The notes beneath the pieces were generated by a model. It was not told the DNA's origin. It did not search any database and saw nothing but the letters and a program-made list of their open reading frames with translations. From Macrostomum hystrix (lineage: Eukaryota > Animalia > Platyhelminthes), in assembly GCA_950097015.1 (NCBI GenBank), contig CATNEN010000001.1, forward strand, positions 8,618,001 through 8,682,000: 64,000 nucleotides of DNA. Reading direction: 5' to 3'. Numbering within the stretch: position 1 is the first letter of the stretch; each line of letters begins with the position of its first letter. The translations under genes were made by a program, and so were the position numbers. This document shows, piece by piece, positions 34,846 to 47,200 of the stretch.

Positions 34846-35427
34846 CGCTAGAGGCAGAAGAGTCAGTACAGTACAGTACAGTATAATCAAATTCGTCGAC
34901 TTCAAAGTATTTCGTAGCCAGCGGCAAAGTATCATGCGCAAGTGTCACTCGTCAGCTTCCGAAGCGGAGCCCTGGTCGCCTTTCCGATTCCAGCCAGTCG
35001 ATGCGCTACAGCCTCCGCCAGAGCAGAACGAGCCGCCACCGCCACCAGAGTAACAGGCAGCGCTGCCAGCTCTGCCGCCGCTGAAGCCGCCGCCGCTGCT
35101 AGGGCCATAGTTGACTGTGCCTCCGCCGCCGCCGCCGCCACCGAAGCCGCCATGGCCGGTGCTGTTCAATCCGGCGAAGCCGCCTAGCCAACCGTCGGCC
35201 CGACTGCCGCCTCGGTCGCCGTCGTCTGCGCTGCTTCGCCCATTGATAGCCTTGCCAGTTTTGGTGCTGCCAGACAAGCGGATGACAGGATTGTTGAAGC
35301 CAGGAGAACCGTTGGCGCCACCGAAGCCGCCGTAGATGTCGACTGTGTAAGATTTGGCATCGGTGCCATTGACGTCTGCTGATCCTGGCTGGCCTGTTGA
35401 TGTGTCATCATCACTGAACGGCATTTC

Positions 35428-35682
35428 TAAAGGTCGTGGGTTCGTTCCCCGAATCCACTGGAAAAGTTTGTTTCCTTTAGCAATACGCTTATCCCTGTGC
35501 ATTGCTTCAGTTCACCCAGCTGTTAAATGGGTACCAGCATCGGCTGGGATAATTGAGGATGGGTGTGGCATCCCCCCAGCCGTACACAGCCTTCAGATGC
35601 GCCATGCAATAGCTGCGGCTGTGCTGTCGGCTGCACATCTGGCTTGACTGGGTCAGGTGAAATCACTTGTTAATTATTATTT
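35428..35682 (+). mobile_element. SINE family B copy, 5'-truncated
   Basis: Colinear with 61971-62252 from the B-box to the ATT tail. Confidence 0.8.
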
Positions 35683-36246
35683 AAAGGCATCGAAGGCAGA
35701 CGCAAAAACTAAAATTTCTGCAGTGGAAGAGAAACCAGTAGAAAGAACTTACCGTGCCCACAAATTGAACGTATTGTTTTTCTATTGTTTTTTGAACGAA
35801 CGTATACACTCGTTTGAAATGCTAAAACGGCCCATTTAAGGGCCACCACACGAAAAACACGCACGCAGATCTGGGAAATCGAGCCGTCATTGTCGGTTAT
35901 GCTCTACTGCTTACCTGCTCGATCGAAGACAGCTCCGCCGCCGCCGCCGGCAGCAAAAGTTTGCTGTCGTTAGCTTGATAGACGAAGCTTCCGCCGCCAC
36001 CGCCTCAGCCAGAGCTCGGTGTCAGGTAAAATCTTCCAGACACCAGAACTCCGTTGCCGCCGCTGGCGCCGTGACCGAAGCTGTTTCTCCCGCCGCTGGC
36101 TCCGGCGACGTCGATGCGAAAGCAGCCAGTCTCACTGATTGTGGCGTCTTGAATAGAACCGTTTCTGCCAGAGCTGCTCTCTGCAATTAGTTTGTAAATC
36201 AGAGCTTTCTTTTATAAAAAAACAGCAATACATTATACTCTTATAC

Positions 36247-36425
36247 TCGTTTGCTTCTCGGACCAAGGTCCATGAGCTCGAATTCGCGGCGAGGTCACAA
36301 TAATTCAAGACAAGCTCCCAAGCCTTCTCTTCGTGGCTGCGTCTTAAATAAATGTAGCCTCGCCGTGTAATCTAGCTCAGGGACCTTGGTGCGAAAGGCA
36401 GACGTTTTAGACTGCTCCGCCACGG
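36247..36425. mobile_element. Two family A SINE head fragments in inverted orientation
   Basis: A + strand head at about 36247-36305 is followed directly by a - strand head at about 36308-36425. Confidence 0.65.
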
Positions 36426-37309
36426 TTAGGCTTGAGTGCTTGTTCTGGACACGATGCTTGAGCGTCCACAGACCCACAACTTTTTAAATAAAATATTTTC
36501 ATTTCGAACACAATAGAATCGCCTCGAAATTAGTCACAGTCCAGATTCTGTCACCGGCCTCGCACCCGAGCAGTCTAGTCACGTGACTGGCCTGAGGCCC
36601 AAGAACCTCAGACTCGTCATTTACAATCAGGAGTTGGCATAGATTGTGGCTTGACTTGACGGCCAATAGACAGTCGATACAAGTGCATCGAGTCAGACAA
36701 TCTAGGACAGTCAGGGCGTTAGAAAAGTTGAGCACATTGCTGCTGGATGTTGAGTTGAGCACCATGGGCTTAAAATATTCTATGTAGAGCTGCCATGTTG
36801 AAGACAATGTTGTCGACTCGGGGACTGAAATTACAGGAACGCTTGACTTAGTTAAAGTATTCGTAGTTATTTAAAATTAGTGATTTTTTCTGCTATTTCT
36901 TACAGTCAAAAGCTCTTAAAGACACAAAAAGTATTCATTTGAACTGGGAAAATATCTAGACACCTTTCCACACCTTTGGTCTCGGTAAATTCCAGTAGTG
37001 CTATTGTTTAACCTTTCACCTAGTTAATAGCCTAGCTAGCTCATTGTCTGGAGCGACTAAAGACGTGTCCCCAATCTGACCTAGAAAGCAGCTGAAAATC
37101 TAGGCATTTAGTAAGGCCGAAGGTTTACAGAAAATTGAGACTAATTTTCTGACTTTTTTGAAAAAACTTTTCTTCATGTGTGTTGTTCTATGTAATCCTG
37201 ATCGTTACTGTGCTAAATAGACATGTTATAAATTAGTAATTAAAAAATTGTACTCACTGCATTTTCTATTCGTTTCAATCAGTTTGCCGCCTTTTGTCTA
37301 TGGCCTAAC

Positions 37310-38680
37310 CGGCTTCGATTCTAGCATCAGCTCCTGTTTCGATTCTAGCATCAGCATCTGATTATATTTCAGTATCAGCTCCTAGTTAGATTCCTGTATC
37401 AGCTCCAGCTTCGATTCTAGCATCAGCTCCTGTTTCGATTCTAGCATCAGCATCTGATTATATTTCAGTATCAGCTCCTAGTTAGATTCCTGTATCAGCT
37501 CCAGCTTCGACTCAAGCATCAGCTCCTGCTTGGACTCAAGCATCAGCTCTTGCTTCGACTCAAGCATCAGCTCCTCCTTCGACTCAAGCATCAGCTCCAG
37601 CTTCGACTCAAGCATCAGCTCCTGCTTGGACTCAAGCATCAGCTCTTGCTTCGACTCAAGCATCAGCTCCTCCTTCGACTCAAGCATCAGCTCCTGCTTC
37701 GACTCAAGCATCAGCTCTTGCTTCGACTCAAGCATCAGCTCCTCCTTCGACTCAAGCATCAGCTCCAGCTTCGACTCAAGCATCAGCTCCTGCTTCGACT
37801 CAAGCATCAGCTCCTGCTTCGACTCAAGCATCAGCTCCTGCTTCGACTCAAGCATCAGCTCCTGCTTCGACTCAAGCATCAGCTCCTGCTTCGACTCAAG
37901 CATCAGCTCCTGCTTCGACTCAAGCATCAGCTCTTGCTTCGACTCAAGCATCAGCTCCTCCTTCGACTCAAGCATCAGCTCTTGCTTCGACTCAAGCATC
38001 AGCTCCTCCTTCGACTCAAGCATCAGCTCCTGCTTCGACTCAAGCATCAGCTCTTGCTTCGACTCAAGCATCAGCTCTTGCTTCGACTCAAGCATCAGCT
38101 CCTCCTTCGACTCAAGCATCAGCTCTTGCTTCGACTCAAGCATCAGCTCCTCCTTCGACTCAAGCATCAGCTCCTGCTTCGACTCAAGCATCAGCTCTTG
38201 CTTCGACTCAAGCATCAGCTCCTGCTTCGACTCAAGCATCAGCTCTTGCTTCGACTCAAGCATCAGCTCCTCCTTCGACTCAAGCATCAGCTCCAGCTTC
38301 GACTCAAGCATCAGCTCCTGCTTCGACTCAAGCATCAGCTCTTGCTTCGACTCAAGCATCAGCTCCTCCTTCGACTCAAGCATCAGCTCCTGCTTCGACT
38401 CAAGCATCAGCTCTTGCTTCGACTCAAGCATCAGCTCTTGCTTCGACTCAAGCATCAGCTCCTGCTTCGACTCAAGCATCAGCTCCTGCTTGGACTCAAG
38501 CATCAGCTTCTGCTTCGACTCAAGCATCAGCTCCTCCTTCGACTCAAGCATCAGCTCCTGCTTCGACTCAAGCATCAGCTCTTGCTTCGACTCAAGCATC
38601 AGCTCTTGCTTCGACTCAAGCATCAGCTCCTGCTTCGACTCAAGCATCAGCTCTTGCTTCGACTCAAGCATCAGCTCGTG
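37310..38680. repeat. 24-bp minisatellite CTTCGACTCAAGCATCAGCTCCTG
   Basis: Tandem periodicity. Confidence 0.95.
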
Positions 38681-39094
38681 TTTCAGCGGCTGAAGGTAAT
38701 CAATTGCTAGCTGGTGTGTATTGACTGAAGCTAAATGCCATAATTTGCGTATTTACTTCTACTGCCACTAATAGTAGTGTAGTGCTAAGCTTGGGCTATA
38801 ATTTATTCATGTTACATGCGTTTTTAGAACCATTGTCGAGGCCAATCAGAGAAAGCCACGCGTTGCTATGTGAAATAAAAAATCCTATCCTATTTAATCA
38901 GATTTGAAGTTGCTCTTGAATTCACCTTGAGATTCGAGCAGACTGGACAAACGTGATTTTTACAAAGAAACACTTCACTTAGTCATTTTTGTGTTTGAGC
39001 TTCCTGTTACTATGGAGACGTTTGCGTGAGACTAAGCATCTGCAGCATGTGCTTGTCCGATTTTTCCTCCGTTCTGATGCTACTGTTTACTGTC

Positions 39095-39560
39095 TTGGGT
39101 CTTGCTTCGATTCCAGTATCAGCTCTTGCTTCGTTGCCAGTATCAGCTCTTGCTTCGTTTCCAGCATCGGCTCCTGGTTCGCTATTGGTATCAGCTCCCC
39201 TGGTTCGATTCCAGTATCAGATCCTGATTCGATTCCAGCATCAGATCCTGATTCGATTCCAGCATCAGCTCCTGATTCGATTCCAGCATCAGCTCCTGAT
39301 TCGATTCCAGCATCAGCTCCTGATTCGATTCCAGCATCAGCTCCTGATTCGATTCCAGCATCAGCTCCTGATTCGATTCCAGCATCAGCTCCTGATTCGA
39401 TTCCAGTATCAGCTCCTGATTCGATTCCAGCATCAGCTCCTGATTCGATTCCAGCATCAGCTCCTGATTCGATTCCAGCATCAGCTCCTGATTCGATTCC
39501 AGCATCAGCTCCTGATTCGATTCCAGCATCAGCTCCTGATTCGATTCCAGTATCAGATCC
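39095..39560. repeat. 24-bp minisatellite ATTCGATTCCAGCATCAGCTCCTG (sister of 37310-38680)
   Basis: Tandem periodicity; shares GCATCAGCTCCTG with that array. Confidence 0.95.
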
Positions 39561-39562
39561 TG

Positions 39563-39903
39563 CTTGGGAGTTTGGGAAGATAGTTTGGGAAGGGGCGTTT
39601 AGGAAGGGGAGTTTGGGAAGGGGAGTTTGGGAAGGGGAGTTTGGGATGGGTAGTTTGGGATGGGGAGTTTGGGGAAGGGGAGTTTGGGAAGGGGCGTTTA
39701 GGAAGGGGAGTTTGGGAAGGGGAGTTTGGGAAGGGGAGTTTGGGAAGGGGAGTTTGGGAAGGGGAGTTTGGGAAGGGGAGTTTGGGAAGGGGAGTTTGGG
39801 AAGGGGAGTTTGGGAAGGGGAGTTTGGGAAGGGGAGTTTGGGAAGGGGAGTTTGGGAAGGGGAGTTTGGGAAGGGGAGTTTGGGAAGGGGAGTTTGGGAA
39901 GGA
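39563..39903. repeat. 14-bp G-rich minisatellite GGGAAGGGGAGTTT
   Basis: Tandem periodicity. Confidence 0.95.
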
Positions 39904-41222
39904 GTGTTATAAAAATTTTAATAATAATAATGATAATTGCAATAGTCTGCACTCAAATTGGTGACACAAATTATTAATGAAGCCATTACTTATGAGTCAT
40001 TGTGAGTCTATGAGAACTGACTGTCTATCTACTTCGGTAACACTGCAGCCATAGACAAAAGATACAAATTATTTCACTGCTATTAGAAATCGAACCCACG
40101 ACCTCCAATTTAAGTGATGAAAGTAAATGAAATGGAAATAATGGATAGACTAATAGAAATTTTATTTGCGTGAAAAAAACACAAATTTAAACAAGTTATG
40201 CAGTCGTCTGTTTAAAAAATAAATTTATTTGTCAGTAATAGTGAAATAGTCCGTATGTCATCAATATCTTTAAGCTAATTTGCAATTAGCTACAGTAATT
40301 AGTTTCTGAAACAAAATACCCCCATAAACCAATCAAACAGGAACAAAAACTTGGTTTAAAATATTATTATTGAGGCTACCTAGCACTAGAGGTTCTGAGG
40401 GCACATGGATACAGTCCATGGACTGTACAGATCTGTACACAACTATGTACCGTGCAATAGCACAGTGTAGATCCCTATTGAATAATGTCTGCTAATGTAA
40501 AATAACACTTAAAGTAAAAAATAGATGACACAATTATTGAATAAACATGGAAAAATAGACAATTGTCTTGGGTGGAGATAGGAAAATGGTAAGATTTGCG
40601 AGCCTACGAAAAGTTTGAGGAAAAATTTACGAAAGAAAAGAAATTAGCGGGTCGAAATAAAATTGACTCATTGAAAAACAAACTGCTCGGAACTCAAATC
40701 GAAAATGTTTAATAAACCTCGTGAGACAAAGGCACAGTTATACTTCAAGTAGTAAGCACAGTTTATTTGATCACGCGCTGAAGTGCTTGAAAAAAATTCA
40801 AAATAATTGTTGTCAGTTTTCTTGGTAAATAATATCTCTACTTGATTTAGCTAAATCAATTAATCAATCAGTAAAGCATTTGGCTTTAATAGAATTTCAT
40901 CTACGCGTTAAAATAGGTAGAAATGAGCATTTATTCTTAGTTTAAAGTGACACCAAAAATATATTCGTAAAATTGCTTATAAACTGAAATTCTAGAAAAT
41001 TTGCACTTCTAAATAATAACAATTACTAAAAACAATAAATAGACAATAAATTTTTATAAAATACAAAAACAACATTTCGAAATCCTTAACATCACAGATT
41101 AAAACAAGTTTCAGTTGAAATGTTATAAAAATAATTAATAAATTGGTCTCTGAATGAACAAATAAATTCATGCATATATCAGCTGCTGAAATTACAGGGT
41201 TTAAAAAAAACCTCTACGCCAG

Positions 41223-44200
41223 TTACAGGTGGGCCATAGCCTTCACAGTCGCCATCTCCTCTTCTGTTAAGCCAATTAGTAGAGTTTTGTGACGCACTGC
41301 AAATTTTAATTAGTTTAATTATATTGACAATCATCTTAGCGAGACACGTCAAGCAAAAAATTGTTTGCAACTAATACACACGGCAAGATTTGGAAACAGT
41401 ACATCAGGGGTCGGCAAACTCCCGCCCGAGGGCCAGATGCGGCGCTCGAAGCTCCCAAATCCGGCTTACCTCCCCTTCCAACACCTACGGTATCCTGTCT
41501 TATCTTTCCGTGTCTCATCTCTCCCCTGTCTCGTCTCTCCCGCGTCTTATCTCTCCTGCGTCTCATCTCCCCTTCATCTCTTGTCTCATCTCTCCCCCGT
41601 CTCGTCTCTCCCGCGTCTCTTCTCTCTTGCGTTTCATCTCCCCGTCATCTCCTCTCTGTCTCATGTCTCCCCTGTCTCGTCTCTCCCACGTCTCATCTCT
41701 CCCGTGTCTCATCTCTCCCGTGTCTCATCGCTTCCGTGTCTCATCTCTCCCCTGTCTCATCTCTCACGTGTCTCATCTCTCCCCTGTCTCATCTCTCCAC
41801 TATCTGATATTTCTACAGTCAATACGGCCCACTGTCATCTTTTAGGTTCTCTCTTTGGCCCGCTAGATAATAAGTTTGACGACCCCTGCAATACATGCTA
41901 GGTTGATGATGACATTCGCATGAATATTAGAACCCAGAGTAGGTCGGGAGTTCGAATATCTTTCGAAGGGAAGAAATCTCTAACCTTTGAGCAAGATAAT
42001 TTATTCCCTACTGTTACCAGGGGGTCGTAGAAGGTCGGGGGTTCGATTCCTGAATCCACTGGAACAATTGGTGTGCATTAGCCAGACACTTAACTTTGCA
42101 TTGCTTCAGTTCGCCCCGGCTGTTAAATGGGTACCAGCATCAGCTGGGGCAATTGAGGGTTCATGTGGCATCCCCACAGTCCATGGACTGAACATAGTTA
42201 TAATTAAGTTTTTCTATCCTTAATTTCGCTTAAAAACTTCAAATCATGCAAAAGAAAGGTTCTGCAACGTCAGAGTTCGCACTCATGCCTAGCAACATTG
42301 TCTCGCATTGCATTCATTGTCTATGGTAAAATTCCCATTCTTACATTCAATTTGATTTACCACTGTTGCGACGATAAACAGCCGAGACATAGACTTAGAT
42401 AGATGTTGCGAAGTGGCATTTCTGCTGCTAAATAATACTACCTGACTAATTTTCTTTCAAGCAATCAATTCCTAATCCCTAAAGAAACATATTTACACGA
42501 GGGAAAATTTGACTGAGGTCTGTTGTAAAGCACTTTATATCATAAATCTAAAAGCTGCCTTTGTCTAGTTAGTTTGCGCCAATTGTGCGCTGAAAACTGT
42601 TTTCGATTCCTTGAAGAAAAGAAAAAAAGAAAAAATTATTTTAAATATCAATTTAAAGATAAAAGCACTTTTTAACGAATGAAAAAACTATGATTTCACA
42701 AAATCTGCCAATCTTTAACCGATCTGTCACTCTCCAACCCAGATCTGTCACTCTTTCACCCCAGATCTGTCACTCTCTCACCCCAGATCCGTCACTCTTT
42801 CACCCCAGATCTGTCACTCTCTCACCCCAGATCTGTCACTCTTTCACCCCAGATCTGTCACTCTGTCACCCCAGATCCGTCACTCTTTCACCCCAGATCC
42901 GTCACTCTGTCACCCCAGATCTGTCACTCTGTCACCCCAGATCCGTCACTCTTTCACCCCAGATCTGTCACTCTTTCACCCCAGATCTGTCACTCTGTCA
43001 CCCCAGATCCGTCACTCTTTCACCCCAGATCTGTCACTCTCTCACCCCAGATCTGTCACTCTGTCACCCCAGATCCGTCACTCTTTCACCCCAGATCCGT
43101 CACTCCCTCACCCCAGATCCGTCAGCCCAATATCCCAGTCCGCAACTCACAGGACTTTCTCTGATTCTTGGATTTTCTTCGCTCCTTCAGCGGCACAGCC
43201 GTTTTAGTTTGGAGCAAGCAGGCGTCCAGCATCTCTTCCTCATCCGGGGGAATGCTGCTACTCCGTCCGCCACCGCCGCCTGTGAGTGACACCTGGGAGC
43301 CAGTGCCTGCGGCCTTGGCTCTCGGTCCGCGAGTGCCGCTAACCACCGACGAATAATCCGAGCTAGATCGACGATGGGCGCTAAGTAGGACTTTCAGAGC
43401 GTCCTCCTCTTGCTGCTGCTGCTGCTGCTGCTGGAGGAGCTGCTGAGCTGCGACTGCTGGCGAAGGCCCCGACTTGCTACCGTGACGCCTCTGAAGAGAC
43501 AGAGTCGAACCCGGTGGAGCCTGCAGAGGCTGAGTTGTCGATGAAACCACCTCAGAGCCGTCCAGATCCACAATGAGTTTGCCTCGAGTTTCTCTACGCT
43601 TGGCGGCGTTCTGCTTCTTAGAAATCTGCTGCCGCACCTTCTCGCGCGTGGTGCGGTACTCCAGGGCGAAGTTGCTCAGCAGGTGCGTCACCTGGGATAG
43701 TTGGATGGCTAACTAATTAATCACTGATTGCGTCACGATAACGCATTCACAATTCTACAAATTATTCACCGAATACACTAATCAAGATTCACACACGAAG
43801 ATTACAGTAAGAATTTACACATTTGTGTATGGGCTCAATCATTGTTACACAACATTCACTCATTTCACACATTTCAGAAAGGATTCAAATTAATAATAGA
43901 TTAACGCATTTCACGAAGGATTCACACATTTCACAGAAAATTCCCAAATTTCACTATGGATTCACACATTTCACAGAAAATTCCCAAATTTCACTATGGA
44001 TTCACACATTTCACAGAAAATTCCCAAATTTCACTATGGATTCACACATTTCAGAGAAAATTCCCAAATTTCACTATGGATTCACAAAGTTCACAGAAAG
44101 TTCACACATTTCACAGAGCATTCACACATTTTACAGAGCATTCACACATTTCACAGAGCATTCACACATTTCACAGAGCATTCACACATTTTACAGAGCA

Positions 44201-47200
44201 TTCACACATTTCACAGAGCATTCACACATTTCACAGAGCATTCAAACATTTCACAGAAAATTCACACATTTCACAAAGGATTCACACATTTCACAGAGGA
44301 TACACACATTTCACAAAGGATTCACACATTTCACAGAGGATACACACATTTCACAAAGGATTCACACATTTCACAGAGGATACACACATTTCACAAAGGA
44401 TTCACACATTTCACAGAGGATTCACACATTCTACAAAGCATTCACACATTTCACAAAGGGTTCACACATTTCACAGAGGATTCACACATTCCACAAAGGA
44501 TTCACACATTCTACAAAGCATTCACACATTTCACAAAGGATTCACACATTCCACAGTGGATTCACACATTTCACAGAGGATTCACACATTCCACAAAGAA
44601 TTCACACATTCTACAAAGCATTCACACATTTCACAAAGGATTCACACATTCCACAAAGCATTCACACATTTCACAGAGGATTCACACATTCCACAAAGGA
44701 TTCACACATTCTACAAAGGATTCACACATTCCACAAAGGATTCACACATTCCACAAAGCATTCACACATTTCACAGAGGATTCACACATTCCACAAAGGA
44801 TTCACACACTCCAGTCACCCAAGTCCACAATATCAAACCCAGCTCACCTCGGTAACCTTGGCATCAATGATGCTAGCAGGTGAGACGCCAAGAAACAGCA
44901 GCAGCTTCCTGAACCTGTTCATCACCCGGTCGCGCACAATCTTCATAGCGACGATTCGGGACGCGGCGTCGCGCAGAAAAGTTTCCAGCCTTCGACGCAG
45001 ATCCTGGTTGAAATCGGCGTGCTTACACAGCGCCTTGTGATGCTCGAAGCCGGACATGCAATCGCGTTCTAGACGATCCAGTCTAGAAAGAACTTCATCC
45101 CAGTCGAGTTTTGAGCATCTGGTGACAGCGCCGAGCTCGGAGTACAAGTCGCCGCTAGTTGGAAATTGGTCCTGCACCATGTGACACACGTGATGCAACA
45201 AGGTGTGCTTATGTACAGTATCCCGAACTTCCGGCACTTTGGCCAAGTACTCGAGGTGGAAGCCGCGAGCTGTTGAATCGTTCAGAAAGTTGCCCAGAGC
45301 TACGATCACAGAGAATACACAGCGAAGGGTCTCGCATTGACGAACCTCCTGAAAGTGGCAAGAACTAGTTAAAGTAGCTGCAAAAGACGAAAGAGAAAAA
45401 TATAAATTGTAAATTAGACAAAATACAACTAAGAAAAGATAAAAGATATAACAAAGAAAGTAGACAAGATATACCTAAGAAAGTAGACTAAATATGACTA
45501 AGAAAGTAGACAAGATATAACTAGGAAAGTAGACAAGATATAACACTAAGAAAGTAGACAAGATGTAACTAGGAAAGTAGACAAGATATAACTTGGAAAG
45601 TAGACAAGATATAACTAAGAAAGTAGACAAGATATAACTAAGAAAGTAGATAAGATATAACTAGGAAAGTAGACAAGATATAACTAGGAAAAGTAGACAA
45701 GACATAACTAGGAAAAGTAGACAAGATATAACTAAGAAAGTAGACAAGATATATCTTGGAAAGTAGACAAGATATAACACTAAGAAAGTAGACAAGATAT
45801 AACTAGGAAAGTAGACAAGATATAACACTAAGAAAGTAGACAAGATATAACACTAAGAAAGTAGACAAGATATAACTAAGAAAGTAGACAAGACATAACT
45901 AGGAAAAGTAGACAAGATATAACACTAAGAAAGTAGACAAGATATAACACTAAGAAAGTAGACAAGATATAACACTAAGAAAGTAGACAAGATATAGCTA
46001 AGAAAGTAGACAAGATATAACTAGGAAAGTTGACAAGATATAACACTAAGAAAGTAGACAAGATATAACACTAAGAAAGTAGACAAGATATAACTAGGAA
46101 AGTAGACAAGATATATCTTGGAAAGTAGACAAGATATAACACTAAGAAAGTAGACACGATATAACTAGGAAAGTTGACAAGATATAACACTAAGAAAGTA
46201 GACAAGATATAACTAAGAAAGTAGACAAGATATGACTAAGAAAGTAGACAAGATATAACTTGATAAGTAGACAAGATATAACTAGGAAAGTAGACAAGAT
46301 ATAACACTAAGAAAGTAGACAAGATATAACTAGGAAAGTAGACAAGATATAACTAAGAAAGTAGACAAGATATAACACTAAGAAAGTAGACAAGATATAA
46401 CTAGGAAAGTAGACAAGATATAACTAAGAAAGTAGACAAGATATATCTTGGAAAGTAGACAAGATATAACACTAAGAAAGTAGACAAGATATAACTAGGA
46501 AAGTAGACAAGATATAACACTAAGAAAGTAGACAAGATATAACTAGGAAAGTAGACAAGATATAACACTAAGAAAGTAGACAAGATATAACTAAGAAAGT
46601 AGACAAGATTTAACTTGGAAAGTAGACAAGATATATCTTGGAAAGTAGACAAGATATATCTTGGAAAGTAGACAAGATATATCTTGGAAAGTAGACAAGA
46701 TATATCTTGGAGAGTAGACAAGATATATCTTGGAGAGTAGACAAGATGTAACTAGAAAATTAGACAGGATATAACTAAAAAAGTTGACAAGAATATTGTC
46801 AAGAAAAGCAGTCTAGAAAATTTTCCCAGCTTGACTGACTTTAAGAGTTTAAGACATTTTAAAATGGCGCCAGAATTTCACGCACGTTAATGGCCAATTT
46901 CAAATCGTTCAAAGCGTCAGTGATCTCAGTCTCGATGGCTTCGTATTCGAGGCGAAATAGCCAGAGCTGCAATCGGGCACGCAGTTCGCTGATTGAGGAC
47001 AGAGTGAGTAGGAACTGCTCAGCGTTGCCTAGCGGAGTGTCCGGGTCGCTTATCTGAGCTTCAACGATTGCTTCCTTCTCTTCCTCGGTAGGCAGCATGG
47101 AGTACAGCAGCTTCTGAAGGTTTAGAGCAGGGACTAATGTTTTATTCAGGTGTACGCTATTGCTGCGATTCTAGGTGCAATTCCTGCTGCGATTCTAGCT

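Larger units (their letters stand above)
34945..36807 (-). pseudogene. ALK/LTK-type glycine-rich-domain gene with a Cys-containing N-terminal segment, apparently disabled
   Basis: Three exon-like blocks (about 36807-36520, 36180-35915, 35426-34945) encode WTVTNF..SGRNG..IQDATISETGCFRIDVAGASGG..GGNGVLVSGRFYL..GGGGGSFV..LL(A)GGGGG..GGFGGGGG..GGGFSGG..GGGGGSF. The middle block has an in-frame TGA (36005-36007) and a frameshift before the second Gly run. Confidence 0.65.

Noticed and set aside
36005-36007. In-frame TGA as selenocysteine or readthrough
   Set aside because: The same exon also has a frameshift and an apparent deletion; the intact genes use the standard code with no internal stops.
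37478-38710. Three overlapping ~390-aa ORFs ([24 protein letters not shown])
   Set aside because: A 24-bp tandem repeat with no unique flanking coding sequence or evident splice context.
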